Assembly (NCBI RefSeq): GCF_001194135.2
Contig: NC_068982.1
Coordinates: 87,087,242 to 87,149,048 of the forward strand
Source of the DNA: Octopus bimaculoides
Taxonomy: Eukaryota
Direction of reading: 5' to 3'
DNA length: 61,807 nt
Shown: piece by piece, positions 51,075 through 61,807 of the stretch
How positions within the stretch are numbered: the stretch's first letter is position 1
How the letters are laid out: each line of letters opens with the position of its first letter
The notes under the pieces: generated by a model
Seen by the model: the letters and a program-made list of their open reading frames with translations, nothing else
Told to the model about the DNA's origin: nothing
Databases searched by the model: none
Made by a program: the position numbers and the translations under genes

Positions 51075-52130
51075 CATATATACTCGTGTAAAAGTCAAAT
51101 TTTTTTAGACTATTTTTTAAGGTCAAATTTATGGGGTTGACTATTACATGGACACTACTTTTGAGGAGCTGAAATTCAAGCTAGAATCCAAAGTACCGTA
51201 TCAGCAGAAGAAGCCCAACTGATCTCTAAGCGAATAAAAACAAGAACAATGAATTACAGTAACATCACCAATTCTATGCATCAATACACACATCCTAGCA
51301 AATAATAAAACCCATAAACAAGACCACATAGCACTCATGTGCAATTACCAGTACATGTCCATAATATAGTGTAGTTAATCCAGAGCAGGGATTCCCAGTG
51401 TGTTCTGCAAAACCCCAGGGTTCCTTGAAAGTTATCAGGGGCTCCATGTCTTTAAAAATAATGTTGAAGGATTCTGCATGCCTCAGTACAAATTCATACA
51501 GTAGTGTTTGTTGTTGTTTGCCAATAGTGCTGTCTGTGAAACACATTTCTCACCAAGTAAACAGACAAGCATATGATAGATGTGTTTATTGTATTTGGAA
51601 ATGAAGAAAATATAAAGATTGCATGGGAACCACTGATCTAGTGATGAATTGAATGTTTTTAGTTTAACCAAAGTCATGCCTTTGTAAGAAATTAAGATAG
51701 TGGCGTTTGCCAGTGTTCACCAATAGTGCTGTCAGTGAAACACGTTTTTCATCATGTAAACAACAAGTGTATGATGCATGTGTTTATTGTACTTGAAGAT
51801 GTATGCAGGCTTGCTGCATATTCTGTGCATACATTTTAGCAATAGTGATGTAGCACCCATTAACAGATGTGTAATGTTCACTATTAAATGGTGTATTACT
51901 ATAAGCACTGAACATGCTGCTACAAGCACAAAGCATTCCACCTATAGAGCAGGCTACAGTAAGGTAGCCACACAATTTTGTAACAGTGTTATTTCTACGT
52001 GCAGGATAATACGGTACCTTGACTCACAAATGTTGTCCTGTTGTTTGTGAAATACTAGAGTTGATTTTTATACAAGGTCTAAGGAAAATTCCCAGTTTCT
52101 TGGCCAAAAATAGGGGTCAATTTTTACGTG
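51075..52130. mobile_element. Possible pogo/Tc2-type non-autonomous DNA transposon remnant
   Basis: Left end tatatactcgtgtaaaagtcaa resembles pogo-type TIRs, with a partial inverted match near 52050-52130; internal direct repeat of about 85 bp (51520-51600 / 51715-51800). Confidence 0.4.
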
Positions 52131-53039
52131 AGGGAGAGACTGCGGGGTGGTTAAAATAAAGGATAATGATGGGTGGGGGAAGGGAGAAAAAAAAAGAGCA
52201 AGGGATCCAGCTGTGTGCATACATGTCCTACAACCTCAGTTTTGTGCATACACGTACTTTTTGAACTTCAGTCGTGAGCTAGTATCAATGTGTGGGTCTT
52301 AAGTACTACATATCACCAATCATCTTTTTATTTGTCATCTCCTCCATCTGAGATTAACTTTCACCACCTCATCTTGTCTTCCTGAGTTTCTCTCTTTTTA
52401 GTAAGTTTAATCCACATTAAGCAATTAGCACTTCTTTATACAACTATCCTGATGCATACACATCACATAGCCAAACCAATGTAGTTTTCTCTCTTACATA
52501 CTATATCTGACACTTCTTATGCCCAATTTTTCTTACAAAACATTTTTACTTTTTCATTCATGCACATCCAGCAGAACATATTTGCTTAATTTCTTTCTAG
52601 TATTTGCAGATTCTCTGCATTCAGGATCCATGTCTCACTACCATGCAGTATTGCTGTTCATACACAAGTATCATACAATTTGTCTTTGATTCTGAAAGAA
52701 AAATCTTTTGTCGCCAACAGAGATAATGCCTATTCTTATTCTAATAACTATACTTTCAGAACTTTCTCTTCCACTGCTAATTAGACCCCCTAGGAAACAA
52801 AAACTATTTGCTACCTCTAGGGATCCTCTTGGGTATTTAAGAAAATGTATTTATTGAGCCTGTGCATCTGCCACATGCAAACTCTGCTTTCTCTGTTAAC
52901 CTACCTATGATTCTACTGCACCTCTTGCGTGTCTTGGGTGTACCATATGCAATTTCTATGTATTCTTTTTCTACATATCAAGCAATGCCATATCTGATAG
53001 TAGCAGGGTCCTGTCTATTTTCCAAAATACTAATACTTT

Positions 53040-55033
53040 GCGGTTCATCATTTTCAACATCAACTCAAGGGCCAAGATTTTGTGATTTATACTAATCACA
53101 AGCTTCTTACATTTGCTCTGTCATCTAAATTGGACAGACACTTGCCTCATGCTTTTCGTCACCTGGACTACATTTCCCAGTTCACGAGTGACATTCGGCA
53201 TATACCTGGAACAGAGAACGTACCTGCTCATGCACCTTCTCACCTCCATATGTGTTCTCTTTCATCTCCTGCTGCAATCGATTTAACTGCCATTGCATAG
53301 GATCAGCCAGCTCTGGACTCATTGGATCTAACTTCTACCAAGTTGTCCTGTTGCAAGTTTGCCTATCTTCCACTTCCATCTGCTGAAGGCACAATCCTTT
53401 GTGACACAGCTACTGGTTCTTCCAGGTCATTTGTACCTGCGAACCACCAGCACTCTGTGTTTGATGCCTTGTATTCACTGTCACATCCTGGCGTCACTGT
53501 CTCGGTGAAGCTTATTACGGCTCGTTTTTTCTGGCCTAATATGCACCAGATAATCACTGCTTAGGCATGTTCTTGAGTGAAATGCCAGCATTCTAAAATC
53601 CACAGGCACATTCGCACCCCTCTTGGACAGTTTTCTCCGTTGGAGACTCGTTTTTGCCATGTCCACATTGATCTGGTTGGACCATGGCCTGTCAGTCACA
53701 GTTTCTCTTACATATTGACATGCGTCGATCGTTTCTCTCGTTGGCCTAAAGCCATTCCAATAGTGGACATTTCCACTGAGTCAGTTGTTCAAGCTTTCAT
53801 TTCTAACTGGATTGCTCATCTTGGTGTTCCAGGTAAGATAACCACTGACTGTGGACGTCAGTTTAAAGCTTCCTTATTTCGTGGAATATCACAAATCCTA
53901 GGTGTTCATCACATTCATATGACCTGCTTCCAACGGGATGGTTCAACTCACAAGCAACTAAAGGCTGCTCTACGTGCCACTCCTGATCTGCAGACTTCGC
54001 TCATCCCACTGGACACTGACAAGTGGACTCATGTGTTTGTTCGGAATGATTCTGTCAGCGGACTGCTCATTGCTCCCTATAAAGGATAGTTTCATGTGCT
54101 ATCGAGCACACCCAAAACTTTTAGTCTTGACATCAATGGTTGGGCAGAGACCGTGTCAGTCGACAGATTTAAAAAGGCATGTTTTGAGGTTTCCACACCC
54201 TTCGATGACACTCTGGCCATACCCACTTTTGATCCTTTACAACTACCTACACATCCACCTGGACATGCACCTTTGACCACACCATCACCTACACCTTCAT
54301 TACCACAACCTAACACAAACAAACCTTATGTCACCAGGACAGACCATACTGTGCATTGGCCCAAAAAACTTACCAAAACTATTTATATGACAATCTCTTT
54401 TGTGTTTCCTCTGTTACTGAACAATCTCTTTAGTCTCCTTGTGTTACTGAACAATTCCAATATTCTGCCAAATTTTGTGCATCCCAATTTATATTTCTTG
54501 TAATTAATTTTCTTTTTGAATTGTCACATTTTTGTACCATATCTTGTTGTTTACGATCAGTTACCATCTTTGCTCTTTTCTTGTGCCTGCTCCAGTTATT
54601 CTCTATTTTCACACTGGCATTCTCAGGGAAGAGCGCCTGTAGCAAGGCACAAATAAGCCAGCACCATTTTGAAACAGCGAGATCTTGACTGCAACCATTG
54701 CCATATGCAAGACAAAAACGAGATCTAACCTGCAACCATTATTTAAGGAAAAGACAACAATGTTTTCCCTCTCATTCTTCTCACGCTGACGCTGAGAAGC
54801 CACTTCAAAGCCAGGAGCTCATAGCGGACTTTTGTCCTGCTGTGATACCACATGCATTGTCTCCAGAGGTTATTGAACCTCACGTGTATGGGAGAGAAGG
54901 CTAACTATGCGCTACTGTGAAGATGGTTAATGAAAGCAAACCCCTTGCAAGAAGCACCTGTGAATAAACGGTTATTGAATTTACTCCGCCTGAGAACTTC
55001 ATTCTTTGTATTTCCAGCTCCTTGAATCAACAG
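53040..55033 (+). mobile_element. Gypsy fragment: RNase H end, integrase and probable 3' LTR
   Basis: IYTNHKLL...RHLDYISQFTSDIRHIPGTENV; H..HPG zinc region; VHIDLVGP...LTCVDRFSRWP...ITTDCGRQF; AATAAA near 54963. LTR limits uncertain. Confidence 0.85.
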
Positions 55034-55089
55034 AATAATTATAATAGAAAAAGAAGATACCCCAAAAGTATAAAAACCTTCCTTCCGTT

Positions 55090-55270
55090 ATACTACTACA
55101 CCAGAGAATGGGTAATGATATCTTTCCATATAACCTGATTAGTGACTAGTCCATATCCTATTCTGCCAGATATTTTAAGTATTTCAGCAGTAGTTTCTGA
55201 TGGACCAAGAACTTCCCTTGCCTTCAAATTCTTAATTGCTTTATCTATCATACTGCTGTCTACTAGAATT
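55090..55270 (-). mobile_element. RTE fragment
   Basis: IDKAIKNLKAREVLGPSETTAEILKISG. Confidence 0.6.
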
Positions 55271-55388
55271 GGTCCACATTAAACGAGGGGGAAAAAAAAA
55301 TCTCTGAACTTGTTTTCTTTGAGATTTGTACTTTTTGTAATTTCTATTTAATACCAGAATGTGAATATAATCAATTATTAATACTTAC

Positions 55389-55444
55389 TTAGTGTTTCCA
55401 GCAGTATTTAAAATAATATCTTCAGCATGAGCACTAAACAAAAC
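55389..55444 (-). CDS. PGM3: PGM3 exon: VLFSAHAEDIILNTAGNT(N)
   Basis: 56 bp, ttttcAG/GTaagt; VLFS follows GHGT as in orthologues; ends in phase 2, matching the next exon. Confidence 0.85.
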
Positions 55445-56612
55445 CTGAAAATTCCAAAAGAAATCACATGAATTTCTATGAATCATTTAAGTATCAAAAT
55501 AATTATCACACATTTCATTCACATCATTTTATAAGAGTAGTGGAATTTTAATGTTTGAGGTTCTTCCTGCTATAAACTCCTTATGGCACAACCCTCTTAT
55601 CAAGATACAATCTATAATTTTAGAAGTCTTTGAAATTGTAAAGCAAAACACTCCCATTTTTATAATTCAAGCTTTTTTTCCAAAAAATTGACTTACAATT
55701 AAACCATTAAAGATTGACTTAGATTACATGAAAAAATTATTGGAGTAGAAACTGTGTATCTAGATGCTTGTCCAAATAATGATTCAAGTAGATGGTATCT
55801 ATTTTAACAATCAACCTGCTTGAGACTACTCTAGTTCTACAATACAAACTTCCTGTTTTAAAATGATCTAATCTAAAACTTCCCACCAACATTTCATGCT
55901 AGTTTATATCCCAAACACCAGCTCAGTAAGGACAAAGTTATTTTTCTAAATTCTTTATTATTTTCAAAATTGATTAAAACAAAGGCAGTGTATTTCGACA
56001 GAAATATGGTAACAAAAATGTTAAGCTAAATTAAAATCTATAACAATGCTACAAGCAGCATTTTACCGTTAAAAAAAAATTGTGGAACATTAATATGTAT
56101 TGTAATGCCCTTAGACAGAAAAAAGATTAGGGATTTTAGAAATAATATTTTTCAACTGACGAACTTTGAGCTAACAACTCCACTAACTACTGAGCAAGTA
56201 TGTTATATAATGTTGATAGGCAGTCAACAAGCATGGAAGATTACAACCTGTCAATAGGAAGTGGTAAAGTTGTAGAAACAATGATGAGGAAGATAAGCCT
56301 TTGGGTGTAAACAGTTAGTGATTGATGCTTTCAAGTGGAGAAAAGAGGCTGAGTTGTTAAAGATGGTGAGGTGGTAATAGTTATAATAATTCAGTCAGAG
56401 GAGGAGAACTAGGGTCCATGACTTTTGCATGCTCTCCCAGACTGCTGGAACTAATGTGGCTGATACCTAGCTTAAGCATCTGTAGGTCAAAGGTCTGCAG
56501 GAAAATAGTTTGGTTTGAATGCTTTGCAACAGAAATAAAAGTTTCAAATAAATACACTAATAAACTGATTATTGATTTTAAAAAGACAAATTTATCAAGA
56601 AAAGTGACTTAC

Positions 56613-56714
56613 AGTTCCATGACCATTGGCTTCAAAATAAATCCCAATGTCATATTCCTGGGCTTTGCGGTGTAGATGTTTAACACCAGTTGGAGTACAT
56701 GCAACATCAACTTT
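56613..56714 (-). CDS. PGM3: PGM3 exon: [34 protein letters not shown] (sugar-binding loop)
   Basis: 102 bp, ttctAG/GTaagt; contains the diagnostic TGVKHLH and YFEANGHGT motifs. Confidence 0.97.
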
Positions 56715-57314
56715 CTAGAAAATATGAATAATAGAAATAATTGAAGAACTATTTGTTTTCCATTAAACATACACAGACAAGCAACAATGACAACAAATCA
56801 AGCTAAATTAAACCTTCCTTGGATGTTTTTCAGTTTAACAGTGGACAGCATAGCTACAATTAAGGTGAGATGTCAATGGCAGTAAATTATACTCAGGTAC
56901 TATCCTTGGTATCATAGATCTGCTCAAGCAAAGACTATTGGACAAAATCAACAGCACTTTTTTTTCTCGTAGCTTTGCTCAATATCACTGCTAAATCTTC
57001 CTTATATTTTCTATCTTTAAAATATAGATAACTTGTTTTAAGTTCAAAATATTAAGAACAGAATACTCAACAATAAAGATGGAATTAATAATTTTACAAC
57101 TGTCAACCAAACTATTTAGTTATATCTGAAAATAGGATGAGTTGGACCTGAACATTCCTTTCCTGCATTTGATTGACAACTCATGAGCTTTGAATTTACT
57201 GAAACAGAGTTTACTTGGAATAAATTTTATTCCAACTATTAACAACAGAAATATAGTTACAAAAATAAACTATACAGGGAAAGGTAACAGCTTACAAACG
57301 CAATATGTACTTAC

Positions 57315-57428
57315 CAAAGTATTACGTATATAGTCCATAGCACTACCATTGGAATAAGCAGTCAAGACATTCCCAATATTCAAATCAATTTCAGAAGTAT
57401 TAAGAAGCTGTTTTAAATAAGTACTAAC
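57315..57428 (-). CDS. PGM3: Phosphoacetylglucosamine mutase coding exon (first in window): VSTYLKQLLNTSEIDLNIGNVLTAYSNGSAMDYIRNTL
   Basis: 114 bp, acceptor ttttcAG and donor GTaagt; matches the PGM3 LNIGVVQTAYANGSS segment; phase 0/0. Confidence 0.93.
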
Positions 57429-58340
57429 CTGAAAATATGAAAGGTAAATTACAAATAATGTAATTTCTGAGGATTGTTGTGATATCAAAACAATTATCTA
57501 TCATTTCTCTATTCCGGATGAAGAGCAGCAGTGAGAAAAGGTCATTCTCAGTTTATGAATAATACTACTTAGATTAAATTCAACTCTTTAGTTTTCTTTT
57601 TACACTAATAACAAACAGAAAAATCAAGGTTTATGTCTGAATGACAGACAGTAACCAATCAAATTACATACTTTACAATATTTGACTTGGTATCTCACAG
57701 ATGCTTGTTTAAACTTTGTATTTTATTTATAGTCGTGAAAGAAAAAGTACCAGTAATATACCATTTCATTAAATGCCTAACCTTTACAGAACTCTATGTT
57801 AAGACTAAAAATTAGTGATTTAGGATGAACAGTAGCACAGAGGGCTATGTATCAGGCATTAAAGCCAATTTCCAAATTTAAATCCTGTGCATAAGTTGAC
57901 TTCATATGCTACAGCACAATTGAAAGAAAACAAATTAGAAAATACATCCCTCCTTTGAAGGTAAAAGGATTTAGATGGATAGGTTGTATTCTATCTATTC
58001 AGAAGGCTGTAATATAATTTGAGAGGAAACTCGGTATAAAGAATACATAAACAAGGCTGTGACTTTAAATACCTTTAATGTGGTCACACGTATATACACA
58101 AGCTGAATGATATTATGAAAATGGTTTCATGCATGGAGGTCATGGTCTTCTGTGTGTTAGCTCCTATCTGCTACTGGCATGTGGTGTGAGAGAGAGACAG
58201 TTAGGTTATGTCTTCACAGTCTCATGTCCCAATGCAGAAAGAGAAAGTCCTAAGGGCTCATACCGGAATCTCACTCTCTAACACCATCTAGTGAGCTTGT
58301 TTGTTTAACTCCGCTGTCAAAAGGGGTAACTGCGCCTACA

Positions 58341-58356
58341 GAGCCCCCCACCACTT
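58341..58356 (-). promoter_or_regulatory. Polypurine tract
   Basis: AAGTGGTGGGGGGCTC immediately before the TGTAGG start of the 3' LTR. Confidence 0.8.
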
Positions 58357-61142
58357 AGACCGGAAGCAGTTGATTAAAAGTAGTGTAGGCAAAGTGTGCA
58401 CTAGGAGGGCAGAGAAGAATGAACCATGGCAAAACAGTTGTATGAACAATTGAAATTGAAAAAAAAAAGTACAATGTGAGTCTGTACAAGGAAGATGTTC
58501 AGCAAAGAAAGGTGTCCATTCAAATAGAACAAAGCATATAAGTACAATGATATAGAAAGAGAGAAGATACAAATGTGGTGTCTATAACAACATAAGTCTA
58601 TGCTCCAGAACAGTCACTGATGAGGCAATGTTAAGAAATGTAAATAGTGTGAGACAATTTCTTCAGCCAATGAACCGATCTGCCTGAACATGTCCTGTAA
58701 GGTGAAGAATGCATTTGTGTAGTTGGTGTTTTGGTGAGCGGAAGTGGTGCTTGTGGAGGTGCAGTGTTTGTGGCATAAATGTTTTGGAAAAGACCTTTTT
58801 TACTGTGTCAATAGAGACAGTCTCTTTTTTTCTGTGAAAGTCAACAGTGAACAGTTTCAGTGTTCTTCTAAGAACACAATAGGGTCCTGTTTAGGGAGGT
58901 GTGAGCGGTCCCTTGATGGCATCATTTCTTACAAACATGTGGGTCCAGGTAGAAATATCTGGGGGTACTGCAGAAGAAATAGACTGGTCACGAGGAAGCA
59001 TTCATAGCAAGTCAGCAAAGAATGACCTGAATCACATGACATAAGATGTGGGGTCCGCATTTGGTAAGCCAACGGGCGCCAATATTTGTCCAGTCAAGAG
59101 CCATGCGAATAGCGGCTTTAAGTTGGTGGTGGAATCATTCCACCATACCGTTCGTAGCGGGATGGTAACTTGTGGTGTGGATGTGCTGTACCCTGAGCAA
59201 TCTCGAAAGCTCACAGAACAGACAAGCTTCAAATTGGTGTCCACGATCAGTAGTAATTCTAGAGGGTACCCCGAAGCGAGATATCCACTCAGAGATGAGT
59301 GCTCTGGTGACTGTTTCTGTGGAAATGTCGAGGGGGGTGGCTTCAGGCCATCTAGAGAAGCAGTCGATGCAGATCAATATATAAGTAAATCCACAACTAA
59401 CCAGTCAAGGACCAACCAGGTTGATGTGTATGTGACAGAACCTGGTGTCCGGTGGCTGGAAGTGTCCATGAGGTGCTCTCATGACGATGCACCTTGAAAT
59501 GCTGACATGGTAGACAAGCACGTGACCAAACCGTAATAGACCGATGCATATTCAGCCAGAAAAAGTGGGCCAAAATGAGCTTTACTGTGGCCACAATGTC
59601 AGGGTGTAAGAGTGAATGCAGTGCTTCAAAAACAGCATGATGGTGATATTCAGGAACAAGGGGTTGTGGTGACCTGGTAGAAACATCGCAGAGAATGGTT
59701 CCTTCAGAAAAAAGCAGAGGCAGGTGTTCAAACTTGCAGCAAGAAAACTGTGGTGAAGAGACGTCCAGAGAGTCCAAGGAGGGTTGGTTAGTAGCCATAG
59801 CAACGAAATCAATCGAAGCAGGAGATGACAATGCACTGATAGGCAGGCAAGATAAGGTGTCAGGGAGGGGGCTGTCAGTGCCAGCAATGTGACAAATGTC
59901 ACTAGTGAACTGTGATATGTAGTCCTTGTTTCTCTGGGTGTGTTGTCCAAAGCAGAATTAGTAGAATCTCGAGAGGAAGACAAAGAAGTGACAAGGTTAT
60001 CGGCGGATGATGGTGTGTCAGAAAATTCCATAAACTGGCAGAGGCGGCGAGTTGTTCAAGGGCTGTATGTTCCATCATAGGAGCTAGAATCGACTGGACA
60101 TTAGAAAGTATCCTTGAGAAAAATAATTGTTTGACAAATGCCTGTTCCTCATATGAGCTATTGGACAACTCTCAGATTCATCACAAAAACTGGGTGAGGG
60201 TTTGGTCCCTGAGGTGCTCATCATGCAAGGGTGTGCGAAATTTACTCTCAGCTGAAGGAGAGTTACGCCAGAGAACCTCAGCCTTGAAGGTTTTGTATGT
60301 CATATCCGATGGCATTCCTGTTATCATATCTTGAACTGAAAGTGCAAGGGGAGAAGGAATGCCTGTAAGAGTGATGTGGAGTTTGCTCTGGGCTGACTGA
60401 ATATTAGAAGAAATGAAGAATGACTCCAGTTGTGAAAATCACATCTTAGCATCTCCATGATATTGAGGCAAAGGAAAATGACTCATCTTGGATGATAATA
60501 GGAACAGAACGCCACAAAGAACAAGCTGGTTGAAAGAAATGCCGTTAGAAATAGCAGTCAAAACAGCCTAGTTGAAAGAAGGCACGACAAACAGCAAACT
60601 AGGAAATTTTTTTTTTAGTAGCAGTGGGTGAAAATAGAAGTCCTTGCTTATGGATAAAGAACAAAACATGGTCAACTTGTGCATAATCTAGGTGGTTGAA
60701 AGAAAGAAATTCATACCTGGCACGTAGGAAAAATTTGCTGTCCATGTGAAATCTGGATAATTTTTTTTTCCTTTTTTTTTACAAGCAAGAAGAATATTCC
60801 CCTAGGACACTGTGTCTGCAAAGGACTAAGTTGTAAATTCGGTTACAACCCGAGGAAAAACGATTTGCAGTTTCCTGCTTGAAAATGGCACCAAAATTTT
60901 CTGGTGAAGAAGACAATATGGCGACAAGAGACATCAGTGGTTTACCTATGCGATGAGTGGCGGTCTGGTTGTGTAATCGAAGTCGCGAAGGAGAGAAAAG
61001 GAATACGTATTCACTGGTCAGAATTTGTCCAGGGTTCACCATTTTAAATGGAATTGTGGTGTGTGCTGCATCATGTCACCGTTTTAGTTAGTTTAGTGGT
61101 CTGGAACATCGGGGTGCGTTTTACACATCGGGGTGCGTTTTA

Positions 61143-61158
61143 CACATCGGGGTCACCA
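61143..61158 (-). promoter_or_regulatory. Primer-binding site (tRNA-Trp type)
   Basis: TGGTGACCCCGATGTG, 1 nt from the 5' LTR; matches the metazoan tRNA-Trp 3' end (CACGUCGGGGUCACCA) with one CpG-type change. Confidence 0.85.
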
Positions 61159-61807
61159 TTTTAGATGGCTAGGTTGTATTCCATCTAATGTGACTCTACT
61201 CAGAAGGCTGTAATATCGTGACAGGAGACCCGGTATAAAGAATACATAAACAAGGCTGTGACTTTAAATAACTTTAATGTGGTCACACGTATATACACAA
61301 GCTGAATATTATGAAAATGGTTTGATGCATGTAGGACATGGTCTTTTGTGCATTAGCTTCTATCTGCTACTGGCATATAGTGTGTGAGAGAGACAGTTGG
61401 GTTATATCTTCACTGTCTCATGTCCTGATGCAGAAAGAGAAAGTCCTAAGGGCTTGTGCTGGAATCTCACTCTCTAACGCCATCTAGTGAGCTTGTTTGT
61501 TTAACCCTGCTGTCAAGGGGGGGGGGGGGGAGTAACTGTGCCTACAAGGAGATCAGTACAAGACTTGTAATATATTTGAGTCAATTCAAGTGACTATAAG
61601 ATATGACAGCCCACCATAATCTGGAGAATTGTTGACAAGTTATTTCTATACCCCCAGAAGATCAGGAACTGTAATTAGAAGTGATTTCTAATTCACATCA
61701 AAGATAAGAATTTGCCTTGGGGCAGATTAAACTGAATCAGAAAATAATGCCTGGGAAGATTCAGGATTTAACTTCTTAGTAAATAAAGTTCACTCAGATA
61801 AGTTGCT

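Larger units (their letters stand above)
57970..61546 (-). mobile_element. Gypsy LTR retrotransposon, two LTRs, internally deleted (gag joined to RNase H end/integrase)
   Basis: LTRs at 57970-58340 and 61160-61546; 4 bp TSD AGGA (57966-69, 61547-50); gag remnant about 60480-59940; integrase about 59830-59050 (CIDCFSRWPEA...ITTDRGHQF...TTSYHPATNGMVE). Confidence 0.93.

Noticed and set aside
58610-58660. CTGATGAGGCAATGTTAAGAAA, hammerhead-like
   Set aside because: Stem II cannot close and stem I does not pair; likely chance or too decayed to call.
57430-61807. Upstream PGM3 exon with DGDADR / DGDKIA motifs
   Set aside because: Not found by eye; presumably beyond the window.

Overview
AT-rich, repeat-saturated eukaryotic DNA, almost certainly from an octopus. 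This is inferred from Octopus-type tRNA-derived SINEs, RTE-tailed (GAT)n repeats, dense microsatellites and sized N-gaps. The only host gene I can support is the 3' half of a phosphoacetylglucosamine mutase (PGM3/AGM1) on the minus strand: 8 coding exons, 238 aa plus stop, all with GT-AG boundaries and consistent phases, spread over 21043-57428. Everything else is decayed mobile DNA: R4/Dong, HERO and CRE (restriction-like endonuclease LINEs), Tx1, RTE, CR1/L2, Penelope, three Gypsy elements, a Helitron, pogo/Tigger, and at least four SINE-like families. Two signals stand out. (1) Several large inverted-repeat elements in PGM3 introns carry type I minimal hammerhead ribozyme motifs; one is a palindrome with a hammerhead in each arm. 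(2) An array of ORF1-only (HAL1-like) retroposon copies shares its 3' end with a Tx1-type LINE. The PGM3 fragment also departs from consensus at several normally conserved motifs. All identifications are by eye; no database search or folding was run.
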